A stretch of 64,000 nt of DNA from Tubulanus polymorphus (GCF_964204645.1 NC_134029.1:14378950-14442949); one strand, 5' to 3'. Numbered from the stretch's first letter, positions 11,378-23,373 are shown. Numbers and translations are program-made. Notes: generated by a model from the sequence alone, not told the origin.

Positions 11378-13939
11378 TGGCCATAAGGTAATGTTTTTAT
11401 ACCATCATCTAAAATATGCCTTTTATCATCAAATGGATTCAAACTAGTTTTTTCAACTTCATTAATGTACATCTCGTGATTTTCTGATCTTAAACAATTC
11501 ATTTTATGTTTCATTACAATTGAGTTATATAAACACTTTATATAATCTTGAAATTCTATATGTTTATCAACCACATGTTTTGTTATTCCTTTTAACTTTT
11601 TAGCTTCATGATCTTTTGTTCTGTAACTATACATTTTACTTCTTATCCCAACAAATTCAATCATTTCATCACCCCCTAATTCATCTTTAAACTTACCAGG
11701 AATCTTTTTATTATCATTGCAAAATAGTTCAAGATCTTTGGGATAATTGCTAAAATCAAAATGATGTTTTAATGTTTTTAAGTCTTTCGTTATGTCATTT
11801 GTCTTGATTTTTAGTATGTACGCATCCGTATTGAAGCAAATTAATGGAAATCCACAGTTGAATGTGCCATCTTCAGTTGATAAATCATAAACATAATCTG
11901 TTGGGTTATATATTTCAATTAAATCTTTAACTTCTTCAGTTAAATCTTTTTCTGTGTGGCTTAAATTAAAGCAATTTGGTTTAGATTTAATCAATCCAAT
12001 ATTCATATTGAAGCCTAATGAATTACATAATATATCTAACCCTGATATAGCAACTTTTCCTTTCTGTGCAAAGGTTATCTTTTTATCCTTTGTAAATTTT
12101 TTAGCACCATCTGCTGCGTAGAATCCAATGAAGAGCCATTTTCTTAAATTATTTTTTGCATTTAATACATAATCTGGAACTATCTTTTCTTTAGTTGAAG
12201 TATTACTTTTCACTATTGCATGAATATAGAATTCATCATTATATTTTATAGCAAAATCTTTAGGATTATTTACAAGTATTCCATAAGCAGCAGCTCTTTG
12301 ATGAACTTTTTTAATTGTATTTATAATTGGTGGGTCTTGTATTGTGTCTTCATTTAATTCATTTCCTTTATCCATTGATTTTAATAATTGCTTTTTGTTA
12401 TATATTTCTTTTCTATCTTGATCAGTTAATTCTTTATTCAACGATTCAAAATCCCCATAAATTACAAATGGAACAATATTCTTAAATTTATGATTAGTAA
12501 ATTTCAATTTATAATCTTTTCCTGTTGGCATTATTAATTTACAAAAATCTTTATTATCACGTAATTCTTTATGTTTTAATAATGTATTCTCAGTCATAAA
12601 TTTAGATAAACATTTTCTACATAGATACATTTTATGATGATGATCACTTTCTGTTCTAAAGAATAAATCAATTTGTTTAACCACATATAATGTTCACTTT
12701 CATCTTTTTTGTAATATAACAAATCTATAGCATTTTCATCATCATAATATTCTGTTAAATATAAAGCTTCCAATGTATAATCTTTAATATTTTGACCTTT
12801 TGTCTTTGGTAATTGCATTAATTCAAATACATTTATTTTTAAATTATTAATTTTTTCTATTTTGGGTATCATTTTTATAGTTACTGGATATTGATCAATT
12901 TTATATAATGTTTCATATTCCCGGTAATATGTTATTCTACAAACATTTTCCTGTGTTGGATGTAAGCAACTAATAATTGACCATAGAAAACATTTATTAT
13001 CTTCATTTTGAATATTTATTACTGCTTTTGTTGTAAATGGTAATTTAATATAAGATGATGCTTTAATATCCTCCTTTTCTGTTGTAAAGTTTCAATCATT
13101 TTTAAACATTTTATTACTTTTTGATGTTTTATTTCTTTTTGTACTATAAACATTTAAATCTAAAAATATAATTTCATTCAATGTTAAGCCAGAACCCTCA
13201 AAATATCTTTCTTCAATATGACGTTTAAATTCATTAAATATTTTTTCTAACTTCTCTTTTATTTGTGTTTTTGAAATTATTTCTTCAGAAAGTGTTTGAA
13301 TATTATAATCCATTTTATCTTCTGACTTTAAAAAACTTACTTTCCCAGAGATACTAATTTTTGGATATTCAACATCTGTTATCAAATCTAGTATTTTTTC
13401 TATTATTTCATTAAATTTACTTTAATGTTCTATTGTTGTACCTTTAAAAATCTAAATATAATAGCTGCAGGACCAATTTTACTACGTAATGTTTCTAATA
13501 TTTCAATTGTATCTTTTATTTCTAGTGAATCAATATAATTTCTAACATTTTCCATGTAAGGTTTATTTGAAATGGATTTAGTTTTTGAAGTTGGTTTTTT
13601 TACTTGTTGAGGTTTATCATCAAAATAATCTTTTCCTAAAACATTATTACTCAAATTTTGATGGTGTTTTTGTGATTCGAGATGTCTATTATAATTCCTT
13701 TTTACTATAAATTCATTACAAACTTCACATTTTATTTCATCCACATTCATATTTTCTAATCGTTCTTTTCTTTCATTGGAATTTTCTGGAGTTTCAAAAT
13801 CTATAACATTTTTTATATGATTTGAAGATTTTTCATGTTTAGATTTATTAGATTTATCGATGTATTTTTTACAATATGGGCAATAATATTGATTTTCATT
13901 AACATTATTGTTTTCTGTCTGGTACTCACTCTCTCCCAT
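11374..13939 (-). pseudogene. polB: Protein-primed family B DNA polymerase (N-terminal Zn fingers, vOTU-like region, Exo I, C-terminus), frameshifted, with a large internal deletion
   Basis: INIQNEDNKCFLWSII...LKINVF...IDLLYY...EHYMW; PFVIYGDFES (Exo I); FDFSNYP...NKKIPGKFKDE...EFVGIRSKMYSY...KLKGI...LNPFDDKRHILDDGIKTLPYGH. Confidence 0.92.
11830..12270 (-). other. C-terminal half of an intein with LAGLIDADG homing endonuclease, in PolB motif C
   Basis: KIVPDYVLNA...WLFIGFYAADG (LAGLIDADG block E), GLDILCNSLG (block H), YVYDLSTEDGTFNCG (block F), ...ICFN/TD (terminal Asn, Thr +1 nucleophile of the DTD motif). Confidence 0.88.
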
Positions 13940-14125
13940 TTATAAGGAAAAAAAATTACTTGTGGTGATGAGTGGTGTCTCGTACTCTCGTACTCTGATC
14001 TGAAAGCCACATCTTCTAATTACTGAGGTTGAAGCCCGCGGCCAAATAAAGTAATATATTCTTTTATTTTGATACCTCGTCGACATAACAGCTTTTCTCC
14101 GCTATATCTCTTCGTTCGGATTTTA

Positions 14126-15424
14126 GCAAAAGGTAGAAAGTTTCTAATGTCCGATCGACAGTACCGGTAGCGCCGCTACTTAGCAATAATAAGAACTAAT
14201 GTTATTGACGATGTTTTGTTAAGTGGAAAGACGCCGAGTACCAGTATATATCCGATAGGTTCAAATCCCCAATTTCTTCGGGATGATTTGATTTTAGAAT
14301 AGCGATCGTTTTAATAGATTTGGTGCACCTTATTAAACTTACCCACCGTCAACACACCTGCCGGATGTGTAACAGGGGACGTCCTATTCCAATGACGCTA
14401 AAGATTTTGTGTGAATTTTATGGTACTGTAACGGCGGTATGAATTAAATTCAGCTTAGACTGAGAGTAAAGTATTTTAAGGCAAACTCTAATGGGCTAAC
14501 TGCACATCGTCGAAAGACTTCTCATCCATCGATACTTGATAAAAATGAAATAAAACATCTAGTTCCAATTATCTCATGTAAGCATAACATTTATTTTGAA
14601 AATCTCAACCATACATCAAAACATTTTAAAGCCTTCTATATCAAATGCAATCTTTTGCTAACATAAACAATAGACAAATGGCCATATCTCTATCATATTA
14701 ATTATATCACGAATGCTAAATATTGCGATATTAATTGAAATCGTTCAACCAACAAATGAATTTAGTTAACATAATATCATCACAAACCATTCATATCCTT
14801 GGCAAAGGACTTATAAGCTTTTAGAATATCCAAACAGGAAAACTTTAGTCTCATTTCTATGCGAGTAGAAATACATTATCATTATAACATCCATATCTTT
14901 GCATTATATATAACATCCATATCTGTGCATTATATATATGTTTATAATGTCATATCTCTTAATAATAATCAATCCAATAATTAAATTAATAATACTAATT
15001 TATTTATAAATTAATAATTGATAATTAAACTATTAACTCTGCTATAATTGAGTTACACATGAGGTAAAAAAATTATGACATAAAAACTCCTGTCAGAGTA
15101 ATAGAAGTAACTGTCTAATACATGAAATAACACATTTTATACAATGAACTGGGCTCTGAATCTGATGAAAATATTCAATCTGAGATCTTACGAATGATGT
15201 TATTTTTAGCCCTCTACTTCTGAAAACTGAATAGCGCGCTGTGAACTCCAACTTCTAACCAAATTTGTCGAACAGCAGTGTATCGAAAAACTGTACGTAC
15301 AGTGTACCGCGAACTGAAAGCGGCGTCTTCTCACTTAGAAAATTATCGACTTGACAGATTAGTTCGATTTTCGACCGCGGCGGCGCTATACGACATTGGA
15401 CAAAAGAAACTTTCTACCTTTTGC
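14126..15424. mobile_element. Non-autonomous Mutator/MULE-like DNA transposon
   Basis: TIR GCAAAAGGTAGAAAGTTTCT at both ends; 9-bp TSD CGGATTTTA (14117-14125 and 15425-15433). Confidence 0.8.
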
Positions 15425-15822
15425 CGGATTTTAGATGCAACTATATTTCAACTTGGGTTGTATTCTCACTTGGGGCGTAACAAAAACGCCTCTGTCCCAT
15501 ATCGAATGGGACTGGCAACCAGTCTACAGTTTATTGCTTTAAACCAAAGGTTAGATCCCATACGTCAAAGCCCGATGGTTAGATTACATACTTCATATTA
15601 ACACAATACTCGTAACACACTGCCAGTGCTTCCTGGTCCTTGGCCTAATAAGACTTGTTTCAGGTATGTACTACCAAAACTGACTGAGCTAGGCCAATAT
15701 TGATGTGCTCTCAAGCCAAGTTGAAATAGACATTAGTGTTTATCACAGACACTAAGACACGATTTTTTCTCAATAGTTTCAAATCAGTGACATATATCAC
15801 CACCACAGCAGGGCAGGGGCTC

Positions 15823-17672
15823 GTATTAGTCAGTAACCTGTCTGTGGTTTAGTTTCACGATCGGATATTTTCACAAACCACAGTCAGGAATGGGAAGGTC
15901 ATTTTTGTATGAAATCTTCGTCAGCCAATTTGACTGACGAGTAATTTGCCTGGCATTTCATTGTCTCTTAAGATATCTGTCTAATTTTTGTTGTAATCGA
16001 CGCACAACGGATTCGTAGTTTGTCTGATACCTATAAGGCTCCTACTAAAAGCCGACCAGCGCCGACTAGCGCCGACCAGCGCCGACCAGCTATCAAAAGC
16101 GCCGACCAGATACGCTTACCAAAACGGATAACAAATTCTTAAATTGAAATAATAACTTTTATTTTTATCTTTTTACTTTTATCTATTTAACACGATTAAC
16201 TCGATTGATCGTTTAAACTAGTGTGTCGGCATCAAAAGTCAAAAACAAGATACTTAGAGCTACAATACATTTGCAAAGAAATACTTATTTAACTTTTTTC
16301 ATTGAATTAAATAACAGAAATATACCAATATACAAATTTACATGTTAACAATTTACATTCAGGCTTATATTCACTATATTTCTCAGTTTATATACAATTC
16401 AGGGATGACTAATTAAAAACCAATGTAATTAGTCAATGGAATTGATATATTTATAAGTTTATTTTATGTCCATTGATCTTAAAGTCAATTGGTCAACGGG
16501 TCATTGTTTTAACAGATCAAAAGAATTACTAAATTGGTTTTTGATGACAAGCCCAGTAAAATTCAAACGGTTTAAGTAATTATATCTTAAAGTTGCGTGT
16601 GTCGAATGATTGCACACATCTAATTAGTGGATGATCACAGTTATTTTATTCCTTTCATCAGTAATTCCTTTCTTTTATTTAATTGAGAAGTGCGTTCTTG
16701 ACTTCAGTTCACATGCTACTTCCCCTGGACCAATGATCAAAGCTGTTATGAACGTCCTTATTAATTTTAGCGCGTGTACGTGACGAGAGTAGTCTTGCGT
16801 AAAAATCTATTAGGCAAATATCATACGAGATGTATGATATACACATAAACATACATGAAAAAGAAAGAAAGATTTTAAGTTGTTTGCATTTTATTTTATT
16901 TCAAATAACGATAGTATATGAAATCCCAGTCATATTTAATGCAAGCTTAACATGAAAAAATAAACCTGATCAATATACCAATTTCAATTTAATTTTGCCA
17001 TATGAAATTATAAATCTAAAAGTACATCAGACAGCAGAATACATTTTAACGAATATTGTCTTGGACATGAAAACTCAGTAAAAAATAAACACGAACACAA
17101 TGCAATCCAAGTAAATATAACCATTTGAATCTAATTTTGCATGTAGTCATAGGTAAGACAGCAGCATACATTTTTAACGAATTGTCTAGGAAATCGGGGC
17201 TTGGACGGCGCTTGGACGGCGCTGGTCGGCGCTAGTGGGCGCTGGTCGGCGCTAGTGGGCGCTGGTCGGCGCTGGTCGGCGCTAGTCGGCGCTGGTCGGC
17301 TTTTAGTAGGAGCGACCTATAACACCTCACCTGACGATCTTAATCCATGTGCAAATCGGCCGAAAAGTGAGAGTAAATTTCCGTCCAGTCAACAGCTGCC
17401 ATTTTGAAAATTACTGGAGGTGCTGGCACCTGTGGACTGAGGCCAGGACAACAGCACAAACTAACGAAGCGAAACGACGAAATTAAAAGAATTAAGAAAT
17501 CAACACTTATTCCCATTTTTCTTTTACCAGAAATTTACGATTTCATTATTTGTTATGGAAAAAACGAAGATTTGAAATAAAAGTTGGAAAACCATCAAAA
17601 ATGAAAATTGTCGTTTCGTCTTGGAAGTTTTATATAAATCCTTGCAGGTCCCCTTGTCTTATCATGCCACAT
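15823..17672 (+). repeat. Dispersed repeat, copy 1 (inverted relative to 52134-53102), interrupted by a MITE
   Basis: Blocks such as AGTCAGTAACCTGTCTGTGG and CACCTGACGATCTTAATC match the reverse complement of 52134-53102. Confidence 0.8.
16037..17317. mobile_element. MITE with sub-terminal 10-bp repeats
   Basis: TIR GCTCCTACTAAAAGCCGACCAGCGCC at both ends, (GCGCCGACCA)n arrays in inverted orientation, TATA-like duplicated flank. Confidence 0.8.
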
Positions 17673-20600
17673 GTGCAATACAGAGAAATGGCAACAATGG
17701 CGAAATTTGTGGAGAAATTAATTAATTTCTCAAAATAATGTTGATTAATCACTCGAAACATACATAAAATTGGATTATTTCGAAAGGTACCTGTGTTAGT
17801 TTGTGAATTAATCCATTAATTGTGGACTGAAGTGAATAGAAAGTATATTTTTGAAGTGTTACTTTTTTCAACCGCGTTTTGGTCCTTGTCATCCCTAACG
17901 TTGGTATAAGCCCATCCGATTATAAAAAGCTTACCACCAACGATTAGGTAACTAACTAAGGCTCGTATCAGAGTTGTAGGTAATGTAAAAACGATAATCT
18001 GTTAGCCTAATCCAATGTATAGGCCTAGTCGCCTATATATAACATAACAAGGGGGCTAACGACGCTCACAAACTACTCAACTTCAGTCGCTTACTAATTT
18101 GTTATTTCTCGTCCGATTTTAATAATCCAGGCATGATATGAAAGCTAATAGCTTCCTGCTTCTAACGAAACTAATCCCGTTAACTTCCGATGAATAGTTC
18201 CTGAATTATATGTCTTTGATCGCGAAATTAGGGCCGAATTCGCCTGGACCGAAAATGCTATGACGCCGGTTTTTGCCGATTTCGAAATTTAAAACGTTGA
18301 TTTCGACACGAAATCCTTTACCGATTTTGATGGTCTAGGGCTTCAAATGCGCAAAACATTCTATATTTTCTAAATATTGCGGTTGTTTCGTTAATCCATA
18401 CGATCTTCCAGCTTTGCAAACGCGAATTTTCCAATTTTTGATTACAGTCGATTGAAGTGGAGAAGTCATTGTCAGATTGAAAATTTGTTGCCACCCTTGT
18501 TATTTTATTATACAGTTGCAAGGATACTGGTACCCCCATCATTGGTCTCATCCATTATCAATCGTGACAAGTCCCTGTGGTTTTATCAACAAAAAACAAC
18601 ATTTAGAGTAATTTTAGAGAGACATAGGCCTATTGAATTTTCACATTTTATTAATTTAGTCGGTATTGGAAATCCCGATAGTGGCAATCAATTCAAATCA
18701 AATCAATAAATTCCCCGGTTCGCGATTTAAATCATCAAAAAATTTATTATAAGATATGTTTTCAAAGTCAACAAGCTAACTAATTTTTTTATTTTAGTAC
18801 AAAGGTTTGATTTGACACTAAAATCAGTTGTTGCATTGCAATTAACAGGAGTTAACCTCTATATGATACTTTAGCGTCAGACGTTGTACGGAACCGTAAC
18901 AACGACTGGTATTCAGACTAAGGCACTCGCCGATTGGCTTGGGACACAGGAGCTCGTATCATAAGTTTGTGGGTGAACTGTAGCTTAGATCACCCATTAT
19001 CCCTGGTACTATAGGCTATTATATAAAAAGAAAAAGGGTGGAAACTCCTATACAGACACTTCGATTTAAAACTGCTGTAACTCCTCAAATATCCAAAGGA
19101 TTTCGATGAAATCTCTTTTAAACTGTTCAAAACATCCTATATTTAAATATGTCTACTTGGAGGCCATTTGATAACGTTTCACCACTCAAAATCGCGATTA
19201 AATGTGCCGGAGACCCCCAATATATCCTGTACTGCAATTGCTATGGCAGCAAAAATTGTAAGGCCTCGAATTTGGGAAAATCGGACCTGGAGCAAGAGCA
19301 TTTCAAAATGCTCCGGGTTGCTAAAGCAACCCAGAGCATTTTACCAAAGACCATCAGCATTTTAGAATCCCAATTTGCCTCCGTAAGTTGAAAAACCAAC
19401 GGCAAAAAATGCTTAGGGGTAGAATAAAAGGAATAAAAGAGTTACAAACTAAAAACTAATTAAAGTCATGCTAGGGGTACTTACAATGTCAGTTATTGAT
19501 TAAATAGAAAGAGTGAGAGAATCCAGAACAACATAGATACTTATTTTAGTTAGATGTGATACAAATTAGGGGTAGGCCTAGTAAAAAATCATAAAATTAA
19601 TAAAAGGTAAACCAATCCAAACTAAATTTGAAGGGGATAATGCAATACTGAATTTAAGCCGATGGCAGTTTTTAGCCTTAAAAAACATAAGAAAAACACT
19701 AAGCTCAATAGTCGCCAAGCAAATGTGTTTATTCATTGCCGTGACTATTCTATGCATGCGATTATTGAAACCTATATAGACAGACACATGCGCGGCTCAC
19801 TGCTGACGCTGCCCGTATTTCTTATAGATGTATGCTGGGCATTGTTTATCAGTAAATTTGGGTGGAGCTCTGACTGAAGTTAGATAAATAGGTCAAGTGG
19901 CAGCGCTAATTTATATGTTATAATGCAGCGTCAAGAACTGCGGGTGATTGACGGCTGACCTATATTGTGAACCAGGTGTGCCGTGGGTTATTTATATCAC
20001 CTACGGCAATAATAGAAATAAATTCACCGACAGCATTTCATTGCCGCCGGTAAGGAGACCAACCGGCAGCAGTGGTTGTGTAGCCAGTGGCAAATGCCGC
20101 CACTGCCACCGTTAATTTCGAGGCCTGTCAGTAATGACCTCTGTAATTGCTTGTAATGTCCTCTGGACCTTAGCATGTATCTATTTTGTATACCATTGAC
20201 TTGTTTAATAAAATTACGAGAAAAATGAATCCTAAACTAACCCCCTTCCAAAACTTTTCTATGCAAATTTGAAGGAATCAGAAAAACCACCTTGTTAATT
20301 ATTGGTCCGTCAGACCAACCGCACGGGTACCTCTGAGGCTGTTCAAAAGATGATGGCCGCTAGCTCCACACACGGCGACCCCACAAAATACTGACAAACA
20401 TCGTTTTTCAAACAAATATCGTTTTTCAATCGAAAATTAAAACTTTTATTTTCTATGGCACTTAGGCCTACTTGTGATAACAGTTATATATAACAGTTAT
20501 ATATCCTATTATTCCATCTGACTGTGTGACACTGTCAATTTGTGAAACGTCTGAGGGAGCGTCCAAAAATTACGTACCTCTAATTGGGGAAGGGGGTTAC

Positions 20601-21007
20601 TGAATTTTGGAACAAAGTGGTACATGGGGAGGGGGTCAGCAAAAAAGGTACTTTGGAGGGAGGGGGTATTAATCAATCTTGGTACATACTTTATGCACTC
20701 AAATGAAAATAGCCGATACTGGCGTTTTATCGGCTTTTAGTGTCTTGTTCAAGTGACTTGCAGTAGACTTCAACTGGGAATTCCCCATAGGCCTACCAGG
20801 TACCAGCATCAATCTTACACGCATTTGTTGAAATCAGGTATTTATATTTTTTATATTTTGTTTTGATTTGTACGTGTTCTTTCAATATAATTGGGGGGGG
20901 GATGGTCATGGGTACCATGGTATGTACCTATGAGGAGGTCGGTGAATTTGGTACAAAGGTGGTACAAGGGCAGAGGGGGAGTCAGAAAAACGGGAGATTC
21001 TTCCCCA

Positions 21008-22131
21008 TTTTTAGTCCACTTGGGACTCAGTCCCAGCGGACTTTTGCGTTCACTTTTCGTTCGTCCGTCTGTCCATAGACAGAATCCAGTTATTTTGGAA
21101 AGATGCTTCAAGGTTATTTATGTCTTGATATTTTGTTTATACATGTATCTACCCTAGACACATCTTCTGCCCAAAAACTGGCCCTGTCAGATTCAAGATG
21201 GCCGACTGGCAGCCATTGTTGTTCGCCAAAATCGGCACTTTTTACACATTTTTGAACTTTATGAGGGAAATTTTGAAGGCCCTGAAATCAATTACCTTGA
21301 CCTTTCGTATATATTTGAATCCCCCAAGGGCCCATCACCTTAAGAAAAATTCGGTCGATCGGACGCAAGATCGTTGTCCTATGACCTTTTTAGTGCTCAA
21401 AATGTGAATTTTGGCCCGAATTCTGATTCCTGTAGTTTCCTACTGGTTTGGCATTTCTCATTGCAATTTGTGATGGGTATTCTTTGAAAATAGATCTTTT
21501 ATAGGGGCCTACCCGAGACAAGTATTTTTGATCAGGCAATTATGACGCAATTGGCGGCCATCTTGGTGTCATCAGTACTCATTCGTAGGTGGAAAAAGGT
21601 TTTCCCACGTTATATTGATACTTAAGCATATTTTGTTATCACAGTCAATTGCAAAGTTGTAGCACATGACAAGTTCTATGATTGTGATGAGTTTCAAGCC
21701 CATCGGTTTTTGTATATGGCCACCAGGGGGCGTTGAACAATACAATAACGAAGTATTTCTATATTAGGTCTATATTCGTATCTATGCATATTTTGGATAG
21801 GCCTGCCACAATCAATTGGAAAGTTGTAGCTTATGACATGGTCTATGATTGTGGTAAGTTTCAAGGACGTAAATTATTCTATATGGTCACTAGGGGGGCG
21901 TTGAAGAGTAGAATTACTTAGTATTTCCTTATTATATTGGTACCTAGGCATATTTTGTTACCATGATCAATTGCAAAGTTGTAGCTGCTGACATGTGCTA
22001 TGATTGTGGTGAATTTCAAGGTCATTAGATTTCTTCAAGGTCATTGGATGGGGCATTGAATATTGAAATTGTTAGATTGTTGAGCATCTGAAACCACTTA
22101 CCAAGTGGGCATGGTGTCCCTGGAACCCTAG
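21008..22131 (+). mobile_element. Non-autonomous Helentron-like (HINE-type) element with internal tandem repeats
   Basis: T-run start, sub-TIR CCACTTGG with hairpin GGGACTCAGTCCC, (GTCC)-type microsatellite, degenerate core repeats, end CCAAGTGGGCATGGTGTCCCTGG..CCCTAG then T-run. Related copies or fragments at 25545-25623, 29899-30110, 38024-42076, 42885-43207 and 56200-56407. Confidence 0.75.
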
Positions 22132-22281
22132 TTTATATAGGATATAGATGATTTTGGAATAGGCCTAGTGGTCTGAGCTCGGAATCTCTTCATTCCATTT
22201 ACAGGCAAACATCAACCAAATTGCGTTGCAGAGAAGGTGTAAATGAGTTAGGGCCTAGGTGATCTGACAGCAACGCGTCCT

Positions 22282-22336
22282 ATGGAGCTTCCCGAATTAG
22301 GACAGAACTGTCACAAACAATCTTGTAAACAACTTG
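22282..22336 (+). CDS. ZFAND2B: AN1-type zinc finger protein 2 (AIRAP/AIRAPL-like), coding exon 1
   Basis: MELPELGQNCHKQSCKQL(D), GTAAGC donor; similar to the N-terminus MEFPDLGxHCSExxCxxL of ZFAND2A/B. Confidence 0.9.
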
Positions 22337-22433
22337 GTAAGCAAAAAATAATGGGAAGTAAATAATTTGCCAATGCTATTTGCCAATTTGGCAATGTTGT
22401 ATAGTGAATTTATCGCATAGGCCTACTCAGTTC

Positions 22434-22472
22434 TGCGAGAGGTACCGGGATCGATGCCCGGGTTCTCCACCA
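22434..22472 (+). pseudogene. 3' half (positions 38-76) of tRNA-Ala including CCA
   Basis: TGCGAGAGGTACCGGGATCGATGCCCGGGTTCTCCACCA: perfect T-stem CCGGG/CCCGG, A54 T-loop, U70, A73, CCA; no 5' half. Confidence 0.8.
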
Positions 22473-22616
22473 TCTCTAATATGTAATATAGGCAGGCTGG
22501 CTGAGGAACAAGCATATACACCAGCGGTACAGGATTCCATCCATCAGGAACAACAAGGCAGTTTAACCTTAGGCCTATATTGCATCCCGGAATGAGAATG
22601 ATTATCTTTTACATAG

Positions 22617-22852
22617 GGCCATCCCAAAATAATGGTCTGTTTGCCGTTAGCCGACCGACCCGACTTCAGAGGTACAGAGTGAAAGCTTTCATTGAAATAA
22701 ATTTTATTTTTGATATTGTTGCCATACAGAAAAGGTGATAAATCTTTTTTTGGCCTGAAGTTTTGCAAAAAGAATATTTCTACCTACCTACCGACTCATC
22801 CTGAAAACTTGAGTCAGTGTTAAGGCAAACAGACAATTATTTTGGGATGGCC
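22617..22852. mobile_element. PIF/Harbinger-type MITE
   Basis: TIR GGCCATCCCAAAATAAT.GTCTGTTTGCC, 3-bp TSD TAG; a longer copy lies at 45830-46359. Confidence 0.85.
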
Positions 22853-23186
22853 TAGTCTTTATAGGCCTATACAGAATCATGAGTATGAAGTGTCGTGAGA
22901 ACTAGGTGTCAGACACAGACCTGCCAACCCCATACGGTTTCTCTGTATCTTCATACGTCTGTGGGCTGTTGTGTACGGTGTTACGGTCACTCTATTTAGT
23001 ACGGTCTTGAATGGAATTCTGAGCCATGATAACAAAATTGACTCGATAGTCAATAGTGGGCCTACAATTAGCAGTGGAATGCTAACAGCTATTCATCTTA
23101 TCAACAGTTATTTTGTGTTCAGTATTTTGTCAGTGTTGTTTCGTCTTTCAACACCTGTTTTTTAAGCTATGCAGCGCTGAGCGCTC

Positions 23187-23373
23187 CAGGGGTTAGATTT
23201 TGAGGCGCGTAATCGCTTCCAAGCCCCTAGAGTTCAAAATTTTTCTGGGGGAGAGCCTTAGGACCCCCGCGCCAACGGCGCTCATTTCGTCACATTCCAG
23301 TTGAGCACCTAACCAAATCTAGGTGCTCAATTAGTAGCCTAGAGCACCTACAATTTTTAGAATCTAACCTCTG
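23187..23373. mobile_element. Short hAT-like MITE with 5-bp TSD
   Basis: CAGGGGTTAGATT...AATCTAACCTCTG flanked by CGCTC on both sides. Confidence 0.65.

Larger units (their letters stand above)
1..14024 (-). mobile_element. Maverick/Polinton (adintovirus-like endogenous virus), right part, degraded; continues left of the window
   Basis: Dense, intronless, very AT-rich gene array with pPolB, rve integrase, A32/FtsK-like ATPase and capsid-like ORFs. Ends at ...TTCTAATTACT (reverse complement AGTAATTAGAA, Polinton-like AGT terminus), then switches abruptly to host repeat. Confidence 0.93.

Noticed and set aside
14255-14272. Pol III B-box (GGTTCAAATCCC) as a tRNA or SINE
   Set aside because: No clear A box or tRNA fold; it is an isolated motif inside the MULE-like element.
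17201-17407. 10-bp repeat array and ORF MDGAWTALVGASGRWSALVGA as a CRISPR array or repeat protein
   Set aside because: No unique spacers; it is the sub-terminal repeat of the 16037-17317 MITE, mirrored at 16050-16110.
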